NCBI GenBank assembly: GCA_949296965.1
Contig: CASFQL010000021.1
Coordinates: 15,247-79,246 of the forward strand
DNA length: 64,000 bases
Source: an uncultured Christensenella sp.
Lineage (GTDB): Bacteria; Bacillota; Clostridia; Christensenellales; UBA1242
Direction: 5' to 3'
Of the stretch, positions 47,305 to 55,901 are shown one piece after another (positions within the stretch are counted from its first letter, which is position 1; the number at the start of each line of letters is the position of its first letter). The translations under genes were made by a program, and so were the position numbers. The notes beneath the pieces are model-generated. The model was not told the origin of the DNA, searched no databases, and was given only the letters and a program-made list of their open reading frames with translations.

Positions 47305-47623
47305 TAATTTTCCCCCTTAATCATTATATTAGTATGAAAAAAAGATAAAAAAGTCAACTAAAAAGACAAAAAATAATGGTTTTGATTAAAAAAATTCAAA
47401 ATTTTTATCTTTTTATTCCGCTTATAAATAAATTAAATAGGTTTTTAGATTATTTTAAACTTATATTTTAAGGTTTATTATTTTCATTTCTTTTATATAA
47501 TACAGTATTAAGTTTAGTTAAAGATTGCTTGTAAATTTTAACAAACTATTAAATAGTTATATTTATACCTTTTATAACTAATATTTAAATAGACTTATAC
47601 AAATATCATCTATTAAGTTTAGT

Positions 47624-49036
47624 CTAGTCAACAACTGATATTTTGACAGTATTTGTATGAACAGTTTCGCTAAGTGGTAAGCCAAGAGTAACAATTATTT
47701 CATCGCCTTTTTTTGCAAGTTTTAACTCTTTAACTATTTTATTTGAAAAGTCTAAAATATCTTGCATTGTATTTTGTTTTTCTACAAGAACAGGAACAAC
47801 CCCCCAAGCAAGAGCGAGTTTATTGTAAGTAAAATTATCGTGTGTTATTGCTACAATAGTTGCCTTAGGTCTAAACTTAGAAATTTTTTCTGCGGTTTTG
47901 CCTTGGTCAGTATAACAAACTATCGCTTTTGCTCCAACTGCTCTTGCGGTTGCACAAGCAGAATATGCTATAACTTCGACCTTTTTGTGTAAGTCTTTAT
48001 ATGTGGACATAAACTCATTGTCATAGTTAATAACTTTTTCAGTTGCACTTGCTATTTTTGACATTGTTAAAGCGGACTCTATTGGATAACTTCCGCTTGC
48101 TGTTTCGCCAGAAAGCATAGTTGAGCCAGCCTTATCATAAATTGCTTGTGAAACATCTGTCGTTTCTGCTCTTGTTGGTCGTCTTTTATAAATCATTGAT
48201 TCTAGCATCTCTGTTGCTACAATAACTTTCTTAGACTCTTTTATGCATTTTTCAATCATATTTTTTTGAATTTGTGGAATATGTTCAATAGCGACCTCCG
48301 TTCCCATATCGCCCCTTGCAACCATAATACCGTCGCTAACTTTTATGATACTGTCAAGTTTATTTATTCCTTCCAAACTCTCAATTTTTGAAATAATTTC
48401 TTGTCTACCACCATATTTTTTTATACACTCTCTCATAAGCACAACATCTTCAGGTCTATTAACAAAAGAGGCGGAAATATATTCGACATCGTTTTTGGCT
48501 GCAAATTCAATATTTTTTTCATCTTTTTCACTAATAAAAGGCAAAGGAAGTCTTGTCCTTGGTATTGAAACACTTTTATGATTGCTAAGTTCTCCCCCAA
48601 CAGAAACGCGGGTAATAATATCAGTCTTAGTAATCTCTTTAACAACAAATTCTAATAGTCCATTATTAGCATATATTTTTTGATTTGGCTTCATAATTAA
48701 AAGCAAATCTGGGTAATTTAAAGTAACTATACTCTCATCTCCCACGACCTCCCTAGTGGTAAAAGTAAAGGTTTTACCTTTTTCAAGTTTGACTTTTGAG
48801 AATTCAAAATTACCGATTCTCAGTTCGGGTCCGCAAGTATCTACCATAATAGCGCAAGGAACACCTAAACTTTCGCGTGCCTTTTTAACATTATCGACAG
48901 TCTGTTGATGACCTTCTAAATTACCGTGGCTCATATTAAGTCTAGCAACATTCATACCAGCCCTTAAAAGTTTTACAATTTGTTCAAACCTATTGGTCGA
49001 TGGTCCAATAGTGCAAACAATTTTTGTTTTTTTCAT
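47624..49036 (-). CDS. pyk: Pyruvate kinase
   Basis: 470 aa. MKKTKIVCTIGPS, MNVARLNMSHG, IISKIES, MVARGDMG.E and VATEMLESM are canonical PK motifs. Confidence 0.95.
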   Translation of the reverse strand: MKKTKIVCTIGPSTNRFEQIVKLLRAGMNVARLNMSHGNLEGHQQTVDNVKKARESLGVPCAIMVDTCGPELRIGNFEFSKVKLEKGKTFTFTTREVVGDESIVTLNYPDLLLIMKPNQKIYANNGLLEFVVKEITKTDIITRVSVGGELSNHKSVSIPRTRLPLPFISEKDEKNIEFAAKNDVEYISASFVNRPEDVVLMRECIKKYGGRQEIISKIESLEGINKLDSIIKVSDGIMVARGDMGTEVAIEHIPQIQKNMIEKCIKESKKVIVATEMLESMIYKRRPTRAETTDVSQAIYDKAGSTMLSGETASGSYPIESALTMSKIASATEKVINYDNEFMSTYKDLHKKVEVIAYSACATARAVGAKAIVCYTDQGKTAEKISKFRPKATIVAITHDNFTYNKLALAWGVVPVLVEKQNTMQDILDFSNKIVKELKLAKKGDEIIVTLGLPLSETVHTNTVKISVVD

Positions 49037-49219
49037 ACCTTAAAACACTCCTAAACTTTATAATTAACTATATTATATCTTCTTTAAAATTTTTTATCTA
49101 CTTTTTTACAAATATTTTTGATAAAATATAGGAAAATTAACGATTTTATTTTACTTTAATAAAAATAATTTATATAATTATTTTGTAATAAATATTAAAA
49201 ATTCAAAAGGAAATTTGTT

Positions 49220-49807
49220 ATGAAAAGAGAATTAATTTATGAAGAGGTTCTTTCAATGCTTAACGACCGTGTGGACTATAAGTCTATAACTCTTTCAGAA
49301 GTTGCAAAAAAATGCGGTATGGGCAAAAGCACAATTTATGAGTATTTTGAGAGCAAAGACGAGATGGTTTTTAATAGTATTTTATATTACTTAAATAAAA
49401 TGATTAAGTTCTTCTCTAATAGTTTTCAAATTTCGACTTTTAGGACGACTTTAAAAACTTTCATTAAAGCCGTCATAATTACAATGAAAGCAAATTATTG
49501 GATGGTTATGCCTTGGACCTTCCTTGATAATTATGCCTCTTTTTTAACAAGCGAAGATGCTGACACAATAACTGAAATGCTTTATAAATGTAGAGAAGTA
49601 ATTTTGACTTTGTTTACATCAATTTGTCAAAAAGGAGAAGAAGAGGGCACTCTTTTCAAAATAGATGATTTGAATATAAATTTTTCTTTTAATGGTATAA
49701 TCGGTTCTTTAAGCGAAGAAATTGATAGCGACTATGATTTGGAAAGCGAAGATGGCCGTATGCTTGTTGAAGACCTTTGCTCCTGCGTAGTTAAACAACT
49801 TAATTAA
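49220..49807 (+). CDS. TetR/AcrR-family transcriptional regulator
   Basis: 195 aa with the N-terminal HTH ITLSEVAKKCGMGKSTIYEYFESKDEM. Confidence 0.85.
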   Translation: MKRELIYEEVLSMLNDRVDYKSITLSEVAKKCGMGKSTIYEYFESKDEMVFNSILYYLNKMIKFFSNSFQISTFRTTLKTFIKAVIITMKANYWMVMPWTFLDNYASFLTSEDADTITEMLYKCREVILTLFTSICQKGEEEGTLFKIDDLNINFSFNGIIGSLSEEIDSDYDLESEDGRMLVEDLCSCVVKQLN

Positions 49808-50090
49808 TCAAATTTTTGTTGTCAAGTTAACTAATTATCTTTATTCTAAAACTATTAGTATCTTACTTTAAAAATAGAAGAAATCTATTTAATTATAGTT
49901 AATTATCATATAAAAAATTTTTTAATATTTATAAAAAGATTGTATTAAAAAACTTTTATCAAAAACAAAATTTAACACTCTTATCTTTCATTGCTAAGAC
50001 ATATAATATTATTAGAGTTTTTAAATTTGGAGTTTTATAAAAAGATTTTATAATTCCTAAATTATTTTATAATTTTACACACGAGGTTTT

Positions 50091-52448
50091 ATGGAAAAGT
50101 TAGAAATAAATAAAAATATAAATTTGGATATCGGCTTAAATGACGAGCAAGTTAAAGAGAGAATAAAAAACAAACAACAAAATAAAACTTGCACTAAGAC
50201 TTCTAAATCATACTTTAAGATTTTTATTAGTAACATATTTACTTGGTTTAATATAGTTTGTTTCTTTATTGCTGGAACACTAATTGCAATTGGAAGTTTT
50301 GAAAATGTTCTTTTTGTCGTTATTTTTACAGCAAATCTTTTAATAGGTCTTATACAAGAAATTCGTGCTAAAAATATGGTAGATAAAATATCAGTAATTT
50401 ATAGCAGTAAAATTGAAGTTTTAAGAAATGGGAAAAAAACACAAGTCGACCTTGATAAAATAGTTGTTGATGATATAATTTTTGTGAAAAATGGCGACCA
50501 AGTATGTTGCGACTGTGTTTTAATTGAAGGTCAGGTAGAGGTTAACGAGAGTTTACTTACAGGAGAAAGCAAACCTATTAAAAAATTAGCAAATGACACT
50601 CTTTTAGGCGGAAGTTTTGTTGTGAGTGGAAATTGTATATGTATGGCAGTTAAAGTAGGGCTAGAAACTTATAGTTCAAAACTTATAAAAAAAGCAAGAG
50701 AATTAAAGGCAAATCAAAGCACGATTTTAAAGACTTTAAACTTTATTATTAAGTCTGTTGGAGTTTTAATTGTTCCACTTGGATTACTCACATTTTTTGA
50801 TTTAAGAGGCACACACGATTTAGTTTATTCAATAGAAAAGACTTCTGGCTCTGTAATTGGAATGATGCCTGTTGGTATGTTTTTACTGACAAGTGTTTCA
50901 CTAGTTGTTGGAGTTATTAATCTTGCTAAGAAAAAAACATTAGTTCAAAATTTATATAGTATTGAAATGTTAGCAAGAGCAAATGTTTTATGCCTAGATA
51001 AAACAGGAACATTAACTGACGGAACAATGTCAGTTAGAAGTGTTCTTCCTCTTAATTCAACCGGAGATGAAATTCGAAAAATAATGCAAAGTTATATAAA
51101 TGCTACTAAAACGCAAAATGCTACTTCTCTTGCGCTACAAAAATATTTTTGGGCAGAAGAAAAAGAGATTGAAAAACCTCTAAACATTGTTGAATTTAGC
51201 AGCGAAAGAAAATTTTCTGCGGTCGAATTTAAAAATTTAGGGAGTTTTATGTTAGGGGCGCCAGAGTTTGTTACAAAAAAACTAGATGATGAAATAAAGC
51301 AAACAATCAAATCTTTTACAGAGCAAGGTTATAGAGTTCTCTTATTATGCAAAAGTAAAGAAAAAAATATTGATGAAAAAATTACAAAAAACAACTCCCC
51401 AATTGCTTTAATAAGTATTGAAGATAATATTAGACAAGACGCAAAGTCAACTATTGAATGGTTTAAAAATAATGATGTAGAAATAAAAATTATTTCAGGG
51501 GATAATGTTGATACTGTTAGCAATATAAGCAAAAAGGTGGGTGTCGCTAATTATGATAAATGTATAAGCCTTGAAAATTTATCTGACGAGGAAGTTTATA
51601 AAATAGCAAACGAATATACTGTTTTTGGTAGAGTTACACCAGAGCAAAAAGCAATTATTGTAAAGTCTTTAAAAAGTAACGGACATAAAGTCGCTATGAC
51701 AGGTGATGGAGTTAACGATATCCTTGCTTTAAAAGAAAGTGATTGCTCTATTGCAATGGCAAGCGGTAGCGAAGCCACTAGAAGTTCAAGTAATCTTGTT
51801 ATGCTTGAAAATAACTTTTCGGCAATGCCAAGCATAGTCGCAGAAGGTAGAAGAGTTATTAATAACATAACAAAAGCATCGTCATTATTTCTAACTAAAA
51901 CATTTTTTGCAATGTTTTTGACTATTTTCGTAATTATTTCTAGTAGATATGAATACCCTTTACAACCAAATCAAATTCTTTTATGGGAAACTCTTTTTAT
52001 AGGAATACCTGCTTTCTTCCTTGCATTACAACCTAATAATGAGCGAATAAAAGAAACATTTTTAGGTGGACTCGCTTCAAAAGCGATTCCCGGAGCATTA
52101 GTTTTATTTTTTAGTGCACTTGCCTGTTACATCTATTGTAATGCAACAAATAATGAACAACTTATACCTACTTTAATTTCATACTGCGTTACATTTGGTT
52201 CTTTTTTTATCCTTTTTAATCTGTGCCTACCACTAAATAAATATAGGACAGTCTTAGTGTTCAGTCTTCTAACTTTTTGTATACTAGCATTCATCATAAT
52301 TGATAATAGTTTTTTCAGTTACTTAACACTTTCAAATAAAGATTTTATTTTCTTGTTGATTAACTTGGTCTTTATTTATATGCTATATGTCTTAATTAAA
52401 ATGCTGTTTGAAAAAATATTTAAAACAAAAAAGATTGAAGGAAAATAA
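50091..52448 (+). CDS. Cation-translocating P-type ATPase (shorter, 785 aa; substrate unknown)
   Basis: Motifs are LTGESKP, CLDKTGTLTDG, ISGDNVDT and MTGDGVNDILALKESD. It lies downstream of the TetR gene. Confidence 0.9.
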   Translation: MEKLEINKNINLDIGLNDEQVKERIKNKQQNKTCTKTSKSYFKIFISNIFTWFNIVCFFIAGTLIAIGSFENVLFVVIFTANLLIGLIQEIRAKNMVDKISVIYSSKIEVLRNGKKTQVDLDKIVVDDIIFVKNGDQVCCDCVLIEGQVEVNESLLTGESKPIKKLANDTLLGGSFVVSGNCICMAVKVGLETYSSKLIKKARELKANQSTILKTLNFIIKSVGVLIVPLGLLTFFDLRGTHDLVYSIEKTSGSVIGMMPVGMFLLTSVSLVVGVINLAKKKTLVQNLYSIEMLARANVLCLDKTGTLTDGTMSVRSVLPLNSTGDEIRKIMQSYINATKTQNATSLALQKYFWAEEKEIEKPLNIVEFSSERKFSAVEFKNLGSFMLGAPEFVTKKLDDEIKQTIKSFTEQGYRVLLLCKSKEKNIDEKITKNNSPIALISIEDNIRQDAKSTIEWFKNNDVEIKIISGDNVDTVSNISKKVGVANYDKCISLENLSDEEVYKIANEYTVFGRVTPEQKAIIVKSLKSNGHKVAMTGDGVNDILALKESDCSIAMASGSEATRSSSNLVMLENNFSAMPSIVAEGRRVINNITKASSLFLTKTFFAMFLTIFVIISSRYEYPLQPNQILLWETLFIGIPAFFLALQPNNERIKETFLGGLASKAIPGALVLFFSALACYIYCNATNNEQLIPTLISYCVTFGSFFILFNLCLPLNKYRTVLVFSLLTFCILAFIIIDNSFFSYLTLSNKDFIFLLINLVFIYMLYVLIKMLFEKIFKTKKIEGK

Positions 52449-52463
52449 CTTCAGTCTTTTTTT
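52431..52463 (+). terminator. Rho-independent terminator overlapping the ATPase stop codon
   Basis: AAGATTGAAG-gaaaataa-CTTCAGTCTT (one T-G pair) followed by T5. Confidence 0.6.
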
Positions 52464-52867
52464 AGTTATGTTGCTATGTTTAATTGTATTATTTTAAAAA
52501 ATATTGATTTATAATATATAGCATAAAACAAAAAAAATATAATTAATAAATTTAAAAAATATTTTTTAATAAAAATGAAATTTTTTATTATATCTTTTCT
52601 TATATATAATTATGTATTCATTTTTTAATAAATAAAATAAATAAAAAATACTTTAACAAATTTCATACTTTTATGTTTTAATATTTAACTTACTTTTTAT
52701 AAATATATATTTTTTAATCTACTATTTTTATTTACAGTAATTTATCATTAAATATTAGTTTATTATGTATTAGTTTATTTTAATTTCTTGTGTGTTAATT
52801 TTTATATATTAATTTAAATTTTTTTATTTTTTGTAAATATCTATAATATTTAAAAATTCCATTATAG

Positions 52868-53413
52868 TTAATTATGAATAGAAAATTTACAGCCACAATA
52901 ATTCTGTCTATATAAGTTATATTTTTTTGAAAGTTTTATACTAGTTAAATAACCATCTTTCTTTTTAAAATCAGCCACAAGATAATCCACATTATACTTT
53001 TTAGAGATATCTAATCCAATTTCATTAATAAGACTTGCATTTTTATGCGGACTTACAGTCAAAGTAGTAGCAAAGATATCAAAGTTATTTTCTTTTGCAA
53101 TTTGGGCCGTTTTGTCAAGTCTTAATGCAAAGCATATCGAACATCTCCTGCCGCCTTCTTTTTCATTTTCAAAGCCTTTAAAACTATCATAAAATTTCAC
53201 AAAATCTTCATACCCGCCATTTATAACTTTAATGGGTAAATTAATTATTGAAACATATTTTTTTTGTTCATTAAATCTATGCTCATATTCTTCTAGCGGA
53301 AAAATGTTAGGATTATAGTAAAGAATAGTTAAATCGTATTCTTCTTTTAACCTATCAATTACCGCTGTCGAACAAGGTCCACAACAACTATGGAGCAACA
53401 TTTTCTTTTTCAT
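52868..53413 (-). CDS. queH: Epoxyqueuosine reductase QueH (DUF208)
   Basis: LLHSCCGPCS, RCSICFALRL, TLTVSPHKN and YRQNYCGC are the conserved Cys/His blocks of QueH. Confidence 0.88.
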   Translation of the reverse strand: MKKKMLLHSCCGPCSTAVIDRLKEEYDLTILYYNPNIFPLEEYEHRFNEQKKYVSIINLPIKVINGGYEDFVKFYDSFKGFENEKEGGRRCSICFALRLDKTAQIAKENNFDIFATTLTVSPHKNASLINEIGLDISKKYNVDYLVADFKKKDGYLTSIKLSKKYNLYRQNYCGCKFSIHN

Positions 53414-53460
53414 ACAAACAATTATAATTAAAATGAAAAAAAATTCAATAATTTTAAACT

Positions 53461-53494
53461 AAAAAAAGATAGAATAAATTTACTCTATCTTTTT
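53461..53494 (-). terminator. Intrinsic terminator after the small membrane-protein gene
   Basis: AAGATAGA-ataaatttac-TCTATCTT is flanked by A/T runs on both sides. Confidence 0.55.
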
Positions 53495-53509
53495 AAAAAA
53501 AATAAATTA

Positions 53510-53731
53510 TTAAATGTTAAGAAGTCTTAAAATATGTTTTGAAATTGCCATAAAAATAATGTCGAGAATCCAAATAATGTTCCACCCTAATAAAAGTCTA
53601 AGTATTCCTGCAACAATTTTTCCTTCCATAAACCTTGTAACTGCCCCCAAAATCCAAGAAGTTACAGGAATGATAGCAAGGATTAAACTAACTAAGTAAC
53701 CAAGTCCAAAATAATCAGATTTTTTTGCCAT
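53510..53731 (-). CDS. Small 2-TM membrane protein
   Basis: 73 aa with a strong AAAGGAG RBS and two hydrophobic helices. Function is unknown. Confidence 0.65.
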   Translation of the reverse strand: MAKKSDYFGLGYLVSLILAIIPVTSWILGAVTRFMEGKIVAGILRLLLGWNIIWILDIIFMAISKHILRLLNI

Positions 53732-53850
53732 TTTTTTCTCCTTTTTTATTAAAATATATTCAAAAATAAAAAATTTATAACTAAAAATAAAATTTTTATT
53801 TTTTGAACCAAAACATTTTCCTATGTAGATAATTTTAACTTAATTTTAAT

Positions 53851-54048
53851 CTATCCATTAAACTTAATATCATTAATAGTTTTATCATTTAAAACATAAA
53901 AAATACTTGCAGTATTACTTTCGTTTATTTGTTTTTCAAGTCTTTTTATTAAAACAAATTGATAAATAACACCTATTAAAAGAACAGCAATGATAGCAAT
54001 AACCATACCAAGAAAAAGTTTTGTCTTTCTATCTCTCTTTTCTTTCAT
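53851..54048 (-). CDS. Small bitopic membrane protein, possibly a DivIC/FtsB-like septation protein
   Basis: 65 aa with a basic N-terminus, one TM (LFLGMVIAIIAVLLIGVIYQFVL) and a short KRLEKQINE helix. It lies after yabP-yabQ, matching the B. subtilis order yabP-yabQ-divIC. It is much shorter than DivIC. Confidence 0.35.
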   Translation of the reverse strand: MKEKRDRKTKLFLGMVIAIIAVLLIGVIYQFVLIKRLEKQINESNTASIFYVLNDKTINDIKFNG

Positions 54049-54205
54049 CTTTTCCTACAAAATAATTATAATTAAAATTAAAAAAGAAAACAAGCAAATA
54101 ATAAAATTTATTTTTAAAAATTATTTTTTAATAGATTTTTATTTTTACATAATATACAAATTTATTTTAGCAAATTTAGCAATTTTCTATATTTTCAACT
54201 AATTT

Positions 54206-54973
54206 TTATGTTTTTTTAAAATTAATAAAATTTATTAATACTAAAAGAAAATAATTAGAAATGAAAAAGGAAAGAACAAAAAACATTGTGCATATAAAGT
54301 TTATATCTCCATAATTAAAATTTAGATTAATAATGTAACATAAAGATATTAAAAACACTAGACAAAATATTTTAAAAATTGTAAATAAAATCTTATTAAA
54401 ATTAATAAAAAAATTAAAAAAACTGAAACTAAATTTTGAATAATTGATTTTTCTTAATAACTTTTTTTGTTGCTTAGTAAGTTTTTCTTTATCATTTATT
54501 TTACTTAAATTTTTATTTTCTTGTAACAATTTTTTATTTTTATTAATTATTTTTTCTTCTTTATTTTTTCTATTATCTTTTTTGATTACTAAACTAATAT
54601 TCTTTGTTTTGCTATCTATATTTTTCTGTTTTTTATTTTTACTAAAATAAAGAAAAAGTTTTTGTATTAAACTATTTTTTATCCTTTTTTGTTTTGTTTC
54701 TTTTTCATTTTTTAGTAATTTTTTTGCTAAATAATTTTTATTCTTTTTTATTTTTTTTGTTTTTACTTCGTTTATATTTTTCCCTGTTTGTTCCTTAAAC
54801 TTTTCTAATAAATTATTAAGTTTATTTTTTGTTTTTTCTTTTCTAAAAGAAAATTTTTTAAACATTAAATTAAAAAGTTTACAAAAAAAATAAAAAATTA
54901 ACCCTGAAACAAATCCCAAATAACAATAAAGCCACATTACTGCAGGTTGATTAAAAGTTGAAAATAAAATCAT
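54206..54973 (-). CDS. yabQ: Spore cortex biosynthesis protein YabQ-like, with a long Lys-rich insertion
   Basis: It overlaps the yabP stop (ATGA). The ends are hydrophobic (VMWLYCYLGFVSGLIFYFF; ILFTIFKIFCLVFLISL...) and flank about 140 aa of K/N/E low complexity. Assignment rests mainly on synteny. Confidence 0.6.
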   Translation of the reverse strand: MILFSTFNQPAVMWLYCYLGFVSGLIFYFFCKLFNLMFKKFSFRKEKTKNKLNNLLEKFKEQTGKNINEVKTKKIKKNKNYLAKKLLKNEKETKQKRIKNSLIQKLFLYFSKNKKQKNIDSKTKNISLVIKKDNRKNKEEKIINKNKKLLQENKNLSKINDKEKLTKQQKKLLRKINYSKFSFSFFNFFINFNKILFTIFKIFCLVFLISLCYIINLNFNYGDINFICTMFFVLSFFISNYFLLVLINFINFKKT

Positions 54974-55260
54974 TTGAACATTCTCTTAAAAAAATTTGAT
55001 TTTTCGCCTGTTTGACCTGTATATTTAATGTCCGTTACTAGTCCGCTTGCCTCAACTAACCCTTGATTTACATCTAACTTTGTTATTGATAATTGCTCTC
55101 CACAAATTATTACATTTGAGCCTGCTACTTTTAATTGTAATTTACTTTCGTTACTCTCGTAAACCCTTTCAACTCCGCTTATTTTCAACTCTTTTCTATT
55201 ATTTAATATGACTTGACTATTATCAAACTTTTTTTCTTGGACATTTTCAATATTTTCCAT
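54970..55260 (-). CDS. yabP: Sporulation protein YabP
   Basis: 96 aa. The K.L.ISGV..V.S......L....G...I.G..L....L....G......G....I.Y pattern and the C-terminal NFFKRMFK match B. subtilis YabP (..GFFSKLFK). Confidence 0.85.
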   Translation of the reverse strand: MENIENVQEKKFDNSQVILNNRKELKISGVERVYESNESKLQLKVAGSNVIICGEQLSITKLDVNQGLVEASGLVTDIKYTGQTGEKSNFFKRMFK

Positions 55261-55530
55261 AAAACTTCCTTTTTTAACTTAATTTTAACCTTTCATAAAA
55301 AATATTAGTTTTACTATAAGTATTTATTTTTATTACAAGGTGTTAATAAAATATACTACTATTTTTTTAGTTTTATGAATATTTTAAAGGTAAATTACTT
55401 TCTTTTTTATCTAAAAATAAGATAAATTAATAAAAAGTAATTTATATATTTTTATATTATTTCTATAATTTTAAAACATCTTTTATTTAACTAATAATAA
55501 TTAAATTAAGATAATTTTTATACGAGAAAA

Positions 55531-55580
55531 TTTTTTTTGAAGACCTATTAGATTATTTTTTTTGAAGACCTATTAGATTA
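55531..55580 (+). repeat. Perfect 25-bp tandem duplication (TTTTTTTTGAAGACCTATTAGATTA x2) abutting repeat copy K
   Basis: 55531-55555 and 55556-55580 are identical. The four-way-junction copy K starts 2 nt later. Confidence 0.95.
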
Positions 55581-55582
55581 AT

Positions 55583-55673
55583 GGACTTTGCGTCAAAAGT
55601 TTCACTTTTGGGCGGACTTAAAAGTCCGCAGTAAAAATTAAAAATTTTTACTACGCAAAGTCCTTTTTTATAT
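55583..55673 (+). repeat. Four-way-junction repeat, copy K (forward; antisense to yabP/gyrA)
   Basis: GGACTTTGCGT | CAAAAGT-ttc-ACTTTTG | G | GCGGACT-taaa-AGTCCGC | A | GTAAAAAT-taaaa-ATTTTTAC | T | ACGCAAAGTCC. The closing stem carries a compensated GC->CG/T-A change. Confidence 0.92.
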
Positions 55674-55871
55674 TCTATTTTTTATTCTTATATCTAATTT
55701 TTTTTCTAATTTTTTTCTAATTTTAATATTTTATTCTTTTCATTTTATTTTCTTTTTCATTCTTAATTTTTATTTTTCTATTTATTTATATTTTAACAAA
55801 CTTTATTTCTTATAAATTATCTTTTAATTTACTTCCTAACAAAATTTAATACACCTTAAAAAATTTTTTAT

Positions 55872-55901
55872 ATAAAAAAGGATAGTAAAAATACTACCCT
55901 T
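55872..55901 (-). terminator. Rho-independent terminator directly after gyrA
   Basis: The minus strand reads AAGGGTAGTA-tttt-TACTATCCTT followed by TTTTATAT. The stem begins inside the stop codon. Confidence 0.65.

Noticed and set aside
47305-47623. preQ1 riboswitch upstream of the yhhQ-like transporter (and upstream of queH at 53414-53509)
   Set aside because: The leader is only about 60 nt from a plausible TTGACT promoter to the RBS. It lacks the conserved preQ1-I stem-loop and A-rich tail pattern. No compact pseudoknot candidate was seen.
5348-55673. Could the ~90-nt repeats be a CRISPR array, tRNAs/tRNA-like genes, or ordinary rho-independent terminators?
   Set aside because: They are not CRISPR, because the copies are kilobases apart, on both strands, of variable sequence, and no cas genes are present. 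They are not tRNAs, because the helices are 7-12 bp with no D-loop or T-loop (GTTCRANNC) consensus and no anticodon-type loop. They are not simple terminators, because only copy D contains a GC-rich hairpin plus T-run, and several copies lie upstream of genes or antisense to the flanking transcription.
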